NCBI GenBank assembly: GCA_963826785.1
Contig: CAWGYD010000003.1
Span: 128,001-192,000 of the forward strand
Direction: 5' to 3'
Origin: an uncultured delta proteobacterium
GTDB lineage: Bacteria; Desulfobacterota; Desulfobacteria; Desulfobacterales; Desulfosalsimonadaceae
DNA: 64,000 nucleotides
The first letter of the stretch is position 1. Each line of letters opens with the position of its first letter. The notes under the pieces are model-generated. The model was not told the origin of the DNA. It saw nothing but the letters and a program-made list of their open reading frames with translations, and ran no database searches. The translations under genes and the position numbers were made by a program. Of the stretch, positions 41,495 through 52,040 are shown piece after piece.

Positions 41495-42365
41495 ATGAAA
41501 AACGACTTTTTCAATGTCCCCCGGACCTGTAACACCACCTCCTGCACCCGCACCGCAGGTGCCGATGTTCTTCTACCGGATCGGGCTCCGGGTCCTGAAC
41601 TATTTCGTCGATTACGATCGGGTGCTGCCGATCCTGAAAGGGACCGGGCTGGCACCGGTGCGGTTTTTCAACGGCAAGGCGGTCGCCTCCCTCACCTTTT
41701 TCAACTACCGGGAGGTGACCATCGGGGCCTATGACGAAGTGGTCGTCTCCGCCATCGTCTACCCGGAAGCTCTGGGCCCGCCGCCCATGCCGTTTTCTCA
41801 ACTCCTGTTCGTCAAGAACGGATACCGGTGGAAGAACATGGGAATGTATGTCATCGAAATGCCGGTAACGATTCCGGCCGCCCGGGCCGCGGGGCGTGAA
41901 ATCTGGGGGTTTCCGAAGGTAGCCTCACGGAGAATCCCGTATGAACTTTCCGGCAACCGGTTTACTTTCAGCGTCATGGACCCGGAGGGCAATGAGCCGA
42001 TCGTGTCGGTCCGCGGGGAGACGGGGCCGGGGTTTTCCGCAAAGGGATTCGACCTGGTGGCTTTCACGAATTACGAGGACACCATTTTCAAGGTGGTCAC
42101 CGAGGTGTCCGGAAAGGTGAAAAATTGCACCTGCCGCCATTGTGAAGTAACGGTCGGCCCGGGCGATCACCGGATGGCGGAAAATATCCGCACCCTGGGA
42201 CTCGATGCCGCAAAGCCGTTTGCTGTCATGAGCGCAGATGACGTGAAGACGAAGCTCAATCCCGGAAAACCGGTGGCGGAATGGAAATCCCCCCCGCTTC
42301 CGTACGCCTATGAACAGGAGGTCCGGTTCTATGAAAAACAGCGTGCGCTTCTCGGGAGAAGGCAT
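41495..42365 (+). CDS. acetoacetate decarboxylase (ADC)-family protein (5' frameshift; no stop before the next domain)
   Basis: GGGAGG RBS; FNYREVTIGAYDEV; GREIWGFPK (Schiff-base Lys motif). Confidence 0.8.
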
Positions 42366-43386
42366 ATGACAGAGACGAAAAAAGCCAATGTCCTTGTCAC
42401 CGGCGCGGGCGGCTTTATCGGCGGGTTCCTGTGCGAACGGCTCGTTGCCGAAGGCCATGCGGTCACCGCCCTGGCCATGGGAAATGAGAATACCGAACGT
42501 CTGGAAAATTTGGGCTGCCGCATCGTCCGTGGGGATCTGACCCGCCCCGAATCGATTTCCGGCATCTGCCGGGGCGCGGATCTCGTGTTTCATCTGGCGG
42601 CCCGGGTCACCTACTGGGGAACCCGAAATGATTTCTACAGCGCCATTGTCGATGCCACCCGCAACCTGCTGAACGAGGCGGCGGGAAACGGCTGCCGGTT
42701 TGTCTTCGCCAGTTCCGTGGTGGCCGTCGGCCTGGGCAACGGGCACATCCGGGGGCACCGGGAAACGATCCGACCCGGAAAACCGGCATTTTCTATGGGG
42801 ATGCCAAACTCGAGCTGAAAATCTCGTCTGGCAGTACCACCGGGAGGGGAAAGTCGAAGGGGTGGTGATCCGGCCCACAAATGTGATCGGCCCGGGCAGC
42901 GTCTGGGTCACGGATGCGGTGGCAAATCTGAAAAAACCGTTTTTCCCGCTCGTCGATGGCGGAAAATGGAGCGCAAGCCTCCTCTACGTGGAAAACCTGG
43001 TCGACGCCCTCTACCTTGCCGGCACCAAAGCGGCCGCCGCCGGCAGGACCTATCACATCATGGACGACTACCCGGTCACCTGGCGGCAGTACTTTTCCGA
43101 TATCGCGGAAATTATGGGAAAACCGATCGACTGGAAGACCTTTGCGTCGATCCCGTTCGGCGCGGCCTGGCAGCTGGCGGGCCTTGTCGGAGGCGCATGC
43201 GCGCTTTTCGGCATTCGCACGACCATCACCCGCCATAATATTGCCATGATGGGCCGGGACAATGATCTGGATACCACCCGGGCGAAGGAAGACCTGGGGT
43301 GGAAAACCCGGGTCCCCTATGATGCGGCTAAACAGCGGATTGCCGACTGGATGCGGGAACAGGAGCTTGCCGGAGGGGACGCATGA
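42366..43386 (+). CDS. NAD-dependent epimerase/dehydratase, 3-beta-HSD-like (two frameshifts near 42765 and 42812)
   Basis: VTGAGGFIG, VFHLAA, YGDAK (YxxxK, in the third frame), IRPTNVIGPG, YVENLV. Confidence 0.82.
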
Positions 43387-44195
43387 GCTATCTGAAGAAT
43401 AAGCACATTCTGCTGACCGGCGCGGCAGGCGGTTTCGGAACGGTTTTTGTCCGCCACCTGCTCGAAAAGGGGGCGGCTCTTGTGGTTTCCGATCTCGATG
43501 AAAACCTGGAGGCGATTGAAAGCCAGACACCGGCCCGTATGCCGGGAATTGTTGGCTTCATTGGCGCGGATCTTGCTACTTCGGAGGGATGCCGGCATTT
43601 ACATGAAAAATGCCGCGAAACGGTTGGGGCAATTGATATGGTCATCCATAATGCCGGCATCCTGGTTTATGGCTGCTACCAGGACGTACCGATCGAGCGC
43701 GTCTACCGGCTGATGCAGGTCAATACCCTGTCGCCGATGCACCTGAGCGCGCTGTTTCTGCCGGAGATGATCGCGCGCGAATCGGGCCACCTGGTCTTCG
43801 TCTCCTCGGTTGCCGGGTTTGTTCCCACGGCATTTGAGACCGCCTATTCGGCCTCAAAATGCGCGCTGCGGGGATTCGGGATGGCCCTTTCCGGGGAACT
43901 GTCGGGATCCGGTGTCTCGGTGACCAACATCTACCCGTTCTGGGCCGACACCAAAATCCTGAATTCCGATTCCCATGGGAAGAAACAGGCGAAGCGCGTC
44001 CCATCTTTTCTGGTCGATTCGCCGGAAAAGGTGGTTTGCCAAGCCATCCGGGGGATCGAAAAACGAAAACGGCATGTTTATCCCGGCTTTTTCGCCAAGG
44101 CGGCCTGGCAGCTGACCCGGCTGCGCCCCATCGTGGGCAGACAACCGGTGGCGGATCGGATCGAGACCAAATCATCTGCAGCAAAAGGCGTCTGA
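43383..44195 (+). CDS. short-chain dehydrogenase/reductase
   Basis: TGAAGGFG, HNAG, SSVAG, YSASK. Confidence 0.92.
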   Translation: MSYLKNKHILLTGAAGGFGTVFVRHLLEKGAALVVSDLDENLEAIESQTPARMPGIVGFIGADLATSEGCRHLHEKCRETVGAIDMVIHNAGILVYGCYQDVPIERVYRLMQVNTLSPMHLSALFLPEMIARESGHLVFVSSVAGFVPTAFETAYSASKCALRGFGMALSGELSGSGVSVTNIYPFWADTKILNSDSHGKKQAKRVPSFLVDSPEKVVCQAIRGIEKRKRHVYPGFFAKAAWQLTRLRPIVGRQPVADRIETKSSAAKGV

Positions 44196-44212
44196 TTTCA
44201 GGTGGTGCTGAA

Positions 44213-44509
44213 TTATGGCTTAATTTCTTTCACTGGCAATATCTGCTTGCCATGACGGATGGTAAGGATTGAAATTCTATTAACTTCAATCCGATATATA
44301 ATCCGGTAATTACCATAAATAATTTCTCTGAATTGAGCGTCTTCAATTTCGGGAACGATTCTTCCGCTTTCTGGGAAAGTTTTTAATTGCTCAACTTTTG
44401 AGAACAGGGTTCCAATCCATTTTTCCGCCGCAGATAGTTTGTCCTGGGCGATGTATCCCGCGATTTCCGAAGCTCTATCGACTGCCAGAGGCGACCAGAC
44501 GATGTTCAC
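44213..44509 (-). CDS. RelE/ParE family toxin
   Basis: IVWSPLA...YIAQD...FPESGRIVPE...YRIIYR...ILTIRHG. Confidence 0.9.
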   Translation of the reverse strand: MNIVWSPLAVDRASEIAGYIAQDKLSAAEKWIGTLFSKVEQLKTFPESGRIVPEIEDAQFREIIYGNYRIIYRIEVNRISILTIRHGKQILPVKEIKP

Positions 44510-44787
44510 TTGTGGACTCGCTTTAACACCGTGTCCCTTGCATCCTCATGATCGATACCCTGGCCGGCTTCCAGTTGACTTAAGGAGGTCTGAATATCAG
44601 TTAACAGCTCGATCTTCTCCTGCATCAACTCAAATTCATGTGCGTCTATAAGAACAGCAACGCCTTTTCCATGCTGGGTAATTACCAGTGGTCTTTTTGT
44701 ATCGCGGACTTGCCTGATAAAATTGGCGATGCCGGTTCTAATCTCGGACAGCGGTTTGATATCCTGGTTAATTTTTAGTCTTTGCAT
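44506..44787 (-). CDS. Phd/YefM family antitoxin
   Basis: DIKPLSE...PLVITQHGKGVAVL; GAGGAG RBS; GTGA overlap with the toxin. Confidence 0.9.
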   Translation of the reverse strand: MQRLKINQDIKPLSEIRTGIANFIRQVRDTKRPLVITQHGKGVAVLIDAHEFELMQEKIELLTDIQTSLSQLEAGQGIDHEDARDTVLKRVHK

Positions 44788-44867
44788 GCCGCATCTCCTC
44801 TTTGCAAATTGAATTATGTACAAAATAACGTACAAATAATATGAATGCAAGCAAAGGAAAACAAGAG

Positions 44868-47030
44868 ATGAAAAACGTCGAAGTGGTCCCCGGCGAATGG
44901 GGTTCGCCTGAAAGCAGCAAACCCGTTGGCGAACAGGAGGTCGAGGAAAAAGCTATGACCCTGCTTTCACGGATGAGCCTGGCGGAAAAAATCGACCAGA
45001 TGTCCGGCGACATCCCCCTGTTTCCCGGCATTGTCGAACTCCAATTCGCTTACAACAAGCGGCCATATCCGGCCGGGGAAAACCGCCGCCTCGGCATTCC
45101 CGGGGTCCGGTTTGCCGACGGTCCCCGGGGGGTGGTGATGTACAACTCCACCTGCTTTCCCGTGGCCATGGCCCGGGGGGCGACCTGGGACACAGACCTT
45201 GAGGAGCGAATAGGGGATGCCATCGGCGTGGAGGCGCGGTCCCAAGGGGCCAATTTTTTCGGCGGCGTCTGCATCAACCTGCTCCGGCACCCGGCCTGGG
45301 GCCGCGCCCAGGAAACCTACGGGGAAGATCCGCATCACCTGGGGGAGATGGGGGCGGCCCTGGTCCGTGGCGCGCAACGGCACGTGATGGCCTGCATCAA
45401 GCACTTTGCTGCAAACAGCATGGAAAACGCCCGGTTTAAAGTCGATGTCCAGATCGGCGAGCGGGCCCTGAGGGAAGTCTATCTGCCGCACTTCAAGCGG
45501 TGCGTCGATGAAGGTGCCGCATCCGTCATGAGCGCGTATAACCGGGTCAATGGCGATTACTGCGGCCACAACCGTCGCCTGCTGACAGACATCCTGAAGA
45601 AGGAGTGGGGGTTTTCCGGATTTGTCATCTCCGATTTCCTGCTCGGCATCCGGGATACCGTTGCGGCAGCAAGCAGCGGCATGGATATCGAAATGCCCTT
45701 TACCTGGCATTTCGGCAGGCGGCTGTTGCGCCAGGTCCGCAAAGGGCGGGTCCCGGAAGAGCGCATCGATGACGCGGTGCTGCGGATCCTGCGGCAGAAG
45801 ATCCGGTTTTCGAAGATCGGTGATCCGGGCCGTTACGGCCGGCATGCGGTGGGCTGTGAGGCCCACCGGCGGCTTGCCCGGGAAGCGGCCGTCAAATCGA
45901 TCGTGCTGCTCAAAAACGATCCCCCCGAACCGGACGGCAGTCCCCTGCTGCCGGTGGACGCTTCCCGGGTTGCGCGCATCGTTTTGATCGGAAAACTCGC
46001 CGCGTCCGGAAATACCGGAGATAACGGAAGCAGCAGGGTCCGCCCCCCGTATGTGGTCACCCCGCTGGAAGGCATCCGGGCCGCAGCGGTTCCGGGAACC
46101 GAAGTCTCCTGGCACAATGGCCGGAACCTGAATACGGCTGCCGAAGCGGCCCGCCGGGCCGACATGGCGATCGTGATCGCCGGGTATACTCACCGCAGGA
46201 AGGCGAGTACATCCCGTTTCCGCCAAAGGGCGGCGACAGGGACAACCTGGCCCTTTCCCGGCATGACGAGGACCTGATCGATCAAGTGGTCCGGGCAAAT
46301 CCTCTTACGGTGGTGGTCCTGATAGGCGGGAGCGCCATTGTCACCGAGAATTGGCGACACAGGGTACCGGCTATCATGATGGCCTGGTACCCGGGAATGG
46401 AGGGGGGGCACGCAATTGCCGATATCCTGTTCGGCAAGGTCAACCCCGGCGGCAGGCTGCCGTGCGTTTTTCCAAAATCCGCCGCACAATTGCCTTTTTT
46501 CGACAGGAAAGCAAAATCGATCGAGTACGGCCTTTACCACGGATACCGCCTAATGGAGAAAAGAGGCATGGGAGCCGGCCTTTGCCTTCGGTTTCGGCCT
46601 GAGCTACACCACGTTTACATACCGCAACCTGCGCCTGGATCCATCTGAAATCGGCACGGACGGCGAACTTCGGATCACGGTCGATGTTATCAACACCGGC
46701 AGCATGGCCGGTGATGAAATTGTACAACTCTATGTGGGATTTCGGAATGCATCCATTGACCGGCCATTTAAGGAGTTGAAGGGATTCCGCCGAATCCGCC
46801 TGGAACCCGGAGAAACCAGGAGGATTGGATTCACTTTACTGGCGAGAGAGCTTTCCTTCTATGATGAAGATAATTCACAGTGGAATGTCGAGGCTTTGTC
46901 ATACCAGATCTATATAGGCAAATCATCTTCACCCGCCGATTTACTGGAGGCCGAGTTTAAGATTACAAATGATGGTGATCAGGGCATAGACACCTTAAAG
47001 AGAAAGCAGTTTAGGAATCATCGGGTGTGA
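44868..47030 (+). CDS. GH3 beta-glucosidase (frameshifts near 46200-46255 and 46570)
   Basis: DGPRG, WGRAQETYGEDP, KHFAAN, SAYN, VISDF (nucleophile Asp), WYPGMEGG, FGFGLSYT, Fn3-like ELKGFRR; no signal peptide. Confidence 0.9.
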
Positions 47031-47157
47031 TATATGACCTCGTCCTGTGATCCTGCTCCGTAACTCAGCTGTAAAATAATGGCGTTCGGTATGTATTGAA
47101 GAACGGCCACCAACTCCACATCCTTGCCTGTTCTTCACAAGTGAGGCCCTATCTCAA

Positions 47158-47253
47158 ACTGTACCATGCAATAGCTTTTCAGCACCTCGGGCAGGAAATC
47201 TGCTACCACAAGAAAATGGTGCTTTTGATCTATCTCCGACATTGCATTTCACT
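47158..47253 (-). repeat. degenerate junction repeat, copy 3
   Basis: actgtaccatgcaatagcttttcagcacc...gaaatctgctaccacaaga...gatctatctccg...tgcatttcact. Confidence 0.6.
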
Positions 47254-47335
47254 CTCAATGAAGGGCTGAATTAATAGAAACCATATCTTTTTCAATCTTC
47301 ACTTGATGGACCTGCGTTGAAATCGCTGCAATGAA

Positions 47336-48496
47336 TCAGCCGCCCAGCAGCCACTGGAACCGCCCCCTCCCCTTTTCGATGGCCGCCTCCGGGCAGATTT
47401 CCAGACAGCAATAGCAGCGGATGCAGATATCATAGTTGTAATCGGGGACCTCGCGCCTGCCCGATGAGGTGCTGATGGCGCCGGCCGGGCAGATCTTTTT
47501 GCACTGGTAACACAGGGTGCACCTCTCCTTTTGGGGAAGGGGCCGGTCCAGGAAGAGGTTCTTGAACGCGGTGGTATTGAAGGGCCATCTGAACATGTTG
47601 GAAAAAAAGGAGGCGCCGGTGGCCGGCACAAATCCTTCTATTTTAAGCGCCTCGATGGGATCGCCCACCACCTGGATGTCCCGGGGGGAAGAAATCCCGT
47701 AATTTCTGGAAAACCCGCCCACTATGGTGGGGCACTTGTCGATGTCCAGGCCGGCCACCTTTGCGGCCACGCAGTCCATGGCGATGCCGTTTTCGCTGGC
47801 CAGAACCGCATCCATGCGCCGGGGCTTTCCGGACGGCCCCGGCCCCTCGCCTTCCTGGACCATGATGGCATCCATGATGTGGATAATCCGTTTTGCCGGA
47901 TCAAACCCGTAATTCATGGCCCCATAGAGATCCAGGAGAAACTCGGCGAAATCCTCGGGCTTAGGCGCGCGCATGTGCATCTTCGATTTTTCCATGCCGG
48001 GAATGGCGCCGAAGAGCAGCTTGACCCCGCCGGTGATATAGGTGATGCCATGGGTTTTGAACTTGGGCAGGCTCAATATGATGTCCGCGTCAAAATAGGC
48101 TTCGGACACGGCCAGGTGCTTGAACTTCTTTGCCCCCTCATAGTGCAGAACCCGGGTTTGGCCCGGATCGGCCATCTCGATGCCCTCTTCGTCCACCACC
48201 TTCTGGTAGCCCGTTTTTTTCACCGTCCGCTCCAGGGAATGCATGGCCGGAGATTCCACCAGGATGGGCGTCCCGCCGCTTTCCTTGACGATCTGCACCA
48301 CCGAGCGGAAAAATTCGGGATGGGTGATGATGGCTTTTTCCTCGGATGACGGCATCAGCAGGTTCGGCTTGACCACCACCTTTTTTCCGCTCAGTTCCTT
48401 GAGATTAAATCCGATGTTTTCCAGACTGTGGCGGATGATGTCGTTTAGCAGCCCGTTTTCGTATTCACTGCACTGCAGCAGGGATACCGTTGCCAT
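47336..48496 (-). CDS. DUF362 domain protein with a C-terminal 2x[4Fe-4S] domain
   Basis: VKPNLL, THP, LPKFKTH, EGEGP; CTLCYQCKKICP and CIRCYCCLEICP. Confidence 0.88.
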   Translation of the reverse strand: MATVSLLQCSEYENGLLNDIIRHSLENIGFNLKELSGKKVVVKPNLLMPSSEEKAIITHPEFFRSVVQIVKESGGTPILVESPAMHSLERTVKKTGYQKVVDEEGIEMADPGQTRVLHYEGAKKFKHLAVSEAYFDADIILSLPKFKTHGITYITGGVKLLFGAIPGMEKSKMHMRAPKPEDFAEFLLDLYGAMNYGFDPAKRIIHIMDAIMVQEGEGPGPSGKPRRMDAVLASENGIAMDCVAAKVAGLDIDKCPTIVGGFSRNYGISSPRDIQVVGDPIEALKIEGFVPATGASFFSNMFRWPFNTTAFKNLFLDRPLPQKERCTLCYQCKKICPAGAISTSSGRREVPDYNYDICIRCYCCLEICPEAAIEKGRGRFQWLLGG

Positions 48497-48647
48497 TTTC
48501 CCCTCCCCGGCCGCGCAGCGGGCGCGGCGCTCTAATTTTTACATCCTGTAAAAAACCGGACCGATCCGATATGGCGCCGGATCCGGATGCCATTTGAGTT
48601 AAATGCAAATTTAAAATTATATCAGGATATTAACAAATAAGATGACC

Positions 48648-48664
48648 TTGGCATACGCATTGCA
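48648..48664 (+). promoter_or_regulatory. sigma54 (-24/-12) promoter with an upstream IHF-like site
   Basis: TTGGCATACGCATTGCA (GG-N10-GC); TATCAGGATATTA about 20 nt upstream. Confidence 0.7.
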
Positions 48665-48707
48665 ATCTCCAATTCGAATACCCACCCCACACTTTAGGAG
48701 GACGCTG

Positions 48708-49490
48708 ATGAAACCCAGTATATCCGGTACGGCTGACGATGCCTTTTTTTCCGTCTCGCGTGTTGAAGAAACCGCATGGATCAATCTGCAAAAAAATCTG
48801 CTGATCCGGGGAATCCGTCTTTCCAGCCGGGATGCCCTGTTGTCCTGCCTGGACGAATTGGCATCAGATCAAACGATTAAGGTCATTGTGCTCAGATCGC
48901 TCCTGGAAGAATCGGGCCACCGGGAGTACCTTGAGTTTTTCCGTATGATCCGCAACGGGAGCCACGATCTGGATCTTCATCGATTGTGCAATGTGTATGC
49001 GTCGCTGATCGTCAAACTGACCACGTTGAACAAGATGGTCATTCATGTCACTTCCGGCAACGTGATCCCATTATTCTTGAATCTCAGCCTGGCCTGCGAC
49101 CATCGGATCGCCGCCGACACCACCATTTACCGGAATTCATACCTGGACACGGGGCTCCTTCCCATCGGCGGCGGGCCCTATTTTCTCTCCCGGCTGCTGG
49201 GGGCGTCGAAGGCATTGGAACTGATGGTGCTTAAAAAGCAGTATACGGCCTCGGAGGCGCTTTCTTCAGGCATTATCGACCGGATCATTCCCGAAAATGA
49301 CCTTGAATCCGAAACCCTTGAGACTGCCCGGTGCTTTGCCGCGGTGCCGGCCGCCACCCTCACCGGCCTCAAGCGGCTGCTCCATTTCTCCACAACGGAC
49401 CTGCAGGCCTACCTGGAATTTGAAAACCGGGAAATCTTTAAAACCATTTTCAATCCGGCCTTCCGGAGCGGCCCGAAAATGAGGGTTTAG
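48708..49490 (+). CDS. enoyl-CoA hydratase/isomerase superfamily protein (divergent)
   Basis: AGGAGG RBS; LSLACDHRIAA, GLLPIGGGPYFLSRLLG, TASEALSSGIID. Confidence 0.85.
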   Translation: MKPSISGTADDAFFSVSRVEETAWINLQKNLLIRGIRLSSRDALLSCLDELASDQTIKVIVLRSLLEESGHREYLEFFRMIRNGSHDLDLHRLCNVYASLIVKLTTLNKMVIHVTSGNVIPLFLNLSLACDHRIAADTTIYRNSYLDTGLLPIGGGPYFLSRLLGASKALELMVLKKQYTASEALSSGIIDRIIPENDLESETLETARCFAAVPAATLTGLKRLLHFSTTDLQAYLEFENREIFKTIFNPAFRSGPKMRV

Positions 49491-50410
49491 ACGATCCAGA
49501 CCGCCATCTTGTGGGCCTTGTGCAAAATTTTCATGCTGACGCGGCCCATGAGGAAATCCTTGATCACGGTCAGCCCCCGGCGACCCACCACGATGGTGCC
49601 GCACCCGTTGCTTTCTGCGGTCCTGGAGATGGAGACCGCCCGGCTGATCTTGCCTTCCAGAATTTCTTCAAAGATCAGACCGGGCGCAAATCCCGCCTCG
49701 ATCAGGCGCACCCGGGCATCCGTCAATGCATTTTCGATCCGCTCCCGTGTCTTTTCCAGCATCTCTTTTTCCCGTTCACGGCTGAGTACCCGATCATCAC
49801 CCATCGGATATTTCACCGATCGGATCACATGGCACAGCACCGCCCTGCGTTCGGGCCGGGGCATGAATTTGCAGGCGCAGTCCACCCCCTTGAATGCGTC
49901 CTCTGAACCGTCGAATCCGATCAGTACGTGCCGGGGGTCCGGCTGGTCCCCCACCACCACGACGGGGAGGTGGGCAATCCCGCTGACCAGGCGGTAGGCC
50001 GTGCTTCCAACGATCATATCGGTGGGCTCGTTTACCCCCCGCCGGCCCACGAAAACCGCATCAAACCCGGTCCCGGCGGCGGCGATCAGGTCCTTTGCCA
50101 CCCCCTTGACCTGGCTGCGGACCTCAATTTTAACGGCATCGCCATCGAAGCCGGCATCTCTCAGTATGGCGGCAGCCAGATCCATCATGGCGGCGGCCTT
50201 TTTCTGAAGTTCTTCCTCCCATCGGTCATCCCCGGGGGTTCGGACATACACCCCCTTGTAATCCTCCAACGCTTCGGGCAACTCCGACAGAATGTGAATC
50301 AGGGTGATCCGGGTGCTGCCGGGGAGAAAAAACCGGCTGACATACCGGACTGCATCCATTGCGCTTTCGGATCCGTCCACCGCAACCAGGACACTTCTTT
50401 TTTTTTGCAT
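49487..50410 (-). CDS. universal stress protein (tandem USP domains)
   Basis: VLVAVDGS...VGRRG...GS; second domain VLIGFDGS...VGRRGL...MGRVS. Confidence 0.92.
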   Translation of the reverse strand: MQKKRSVLVAVDGSESAMDAVRYVSRFFLPGSTRITLIHILSELPEALEDYKGVYVRTPGDDRWEEELQKKAAAMMDLAAAILRDAGFDGDAVKIEVRSQVKGVAKDLIAAAGTGFDAVFVGRRGVNEPTDMIVGSTAYRLVSGIAHLPVVVVGDQPDPRHVLIGFDGSEDAFKGVDCACKFMPRPERRAVLCHVIRSVKYPMGDDRVLSREREKEMLEKTRERIENALTDARVRLIEAGFAPGLIFEEILEGKISRAVSISRTAESNGCGTIVVGRRGLTVIKDFLMGRVSMKILHKAHKMAVWIV

Positions 50411-50701
50411 TACAGAAAATCCTTACCCTTATGTATCCAAAAATCTGCCCACCTCAGATGAAGACTCGAATATCAATTGATAATATCTTTTCTCTGTCCG
50501 GTGAATGCAAAGAAAGATTTATTGAAGGCAACTTTTCAAAATGCGTGTGGATGCTTTCCAGGCATCCTCAAATCAAGGTTGAGAAAGCAAAAGCCCCCTG
50601 TGCGAAACGCGCGCCTGCTTCCTTGATCTTTCATCAGATTATGATATGTTGCTCGACATCATATAATAATCCGCAAGGGGATGTAATTTCCGGAGGTGAT
50701 G

Positions 50702-51906
50702 ATGTCGATTCTGTTCGAACCGGTTCAAATCGGCGGCATGCCGGTGAAAAACCGCTTTGTCCATTCCGCCACCCATGAGGCCATGGCGGCAGCGGACGGC
50801 CGTGTCAATGAATCGATATTAAAGCGGTACAAAACCCTTGCCCAGGGCGGCATCGGCCTGATTCTGCCCGGGCACCTCTATGTCCATCCACTGGGCAAGG
50901 CCCACCCGGGCCAGTGCGGCATTCATGATGATGCCATGCTCGACGGACTGTCCCGATTGACGGAGGCGGTGCATCGGCATGACGCCAAAATCGCCCTTCA
51001 GCTGGCCCATGCCGGGCGCCAGGCCTTAAAATCGATTATCGGACAGGCCCCGCTGGCCCCGTCCAAGGGCCGGGACCCCGCCTCCCTGGAAAAATCGCGC
51101 CGGATGACGAACGATCAGATCAAGGAAACCATCGATGCGTTCATCAGCGCGGCGAAGCGGGCGGTCCAGGCCGGCGCGGATGCCGTAGAGCTCCATGCCG
51201 CCCACGGTTACCTGTTAAATCAGTTTCTCTCCCCCTTTTTCAACCGCCGCAAGGACGCCTGGGGCGGATCCGATGAAAACCGCTTCTGGATGGTCCGTGA
51301 GATTATCCTGGGCATCAAGGCCGAGCTGCCCGGGGCCGTCCCCCTGATGGTCAAACTCAACACCAATGATTACACCCCGAAAAAAGGAATCGACCCCGAT
51401 CTTGCCGCCACCTATGCCCGGTGGATGGTCAAGTGCGGGGTGGATGCCGTGGAAACCAGCTGCGGCACCGCATATTCCCTTCATACCCTCAGAGGCGACA
51501 TTCCCACCGAAGAGATGATTTCACGCCTTTCCGGCTGGATGAAGCCCATCGGCAGGATCAAGTTAAACGCCATGGCCAAAAAAACCTGGTTTGCGCCCGC
51601 CTACAATCTGGAAGCCGCCCAGATCATCAAGCCCAAGATAAAAGACACCGTCCTGATCCTGGTGGGCGGTCTGCGCCGGCTTTCCGAAATGGAGAGGGTC
51701 ATCGAAAACGGCGATGCGGACATGATCGCCATGTCCCGTCCCTTTATCCGCGAACCGTTTTTAGTGAAAAAATTCAGCGAAGGAAAATCCACCAAATCCG
51801 CCTGCCTTTCCTGCAATAAATGCTTTGCCGCCATGTTCAACGGCATCCCGGTGCAGTGCTACCGAAACGGAATACCGGGGCACGGCCGTCGCCGATCAAG
51901 GCGTAA
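50702..51906 (+). CDS. NADH:flavin oxidoreductase (OYE family); true stop uncertain
   Basis: NRFVHSAT, QLAHAG, ELHAAHGYLLNQFLSP, CLSCNKC. The ORF runs on to 52102 through an intergenic hairpin, so a stop near 51906 was probably lost by a frameshift. Confidence 0.88.
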
Positions 51907-52040
51907 AATCCTTTGTGGATCGGCAAAAAAGTATGGCCTGCTGGTTCTCTTCGGGTTTCATGTGGTGAGCAAACAGGGATTTAACACGAAGAAACGAAGA
52001 GAACAACATTGTTTTCTTTCCATGATATCGGTGCCGGCCG

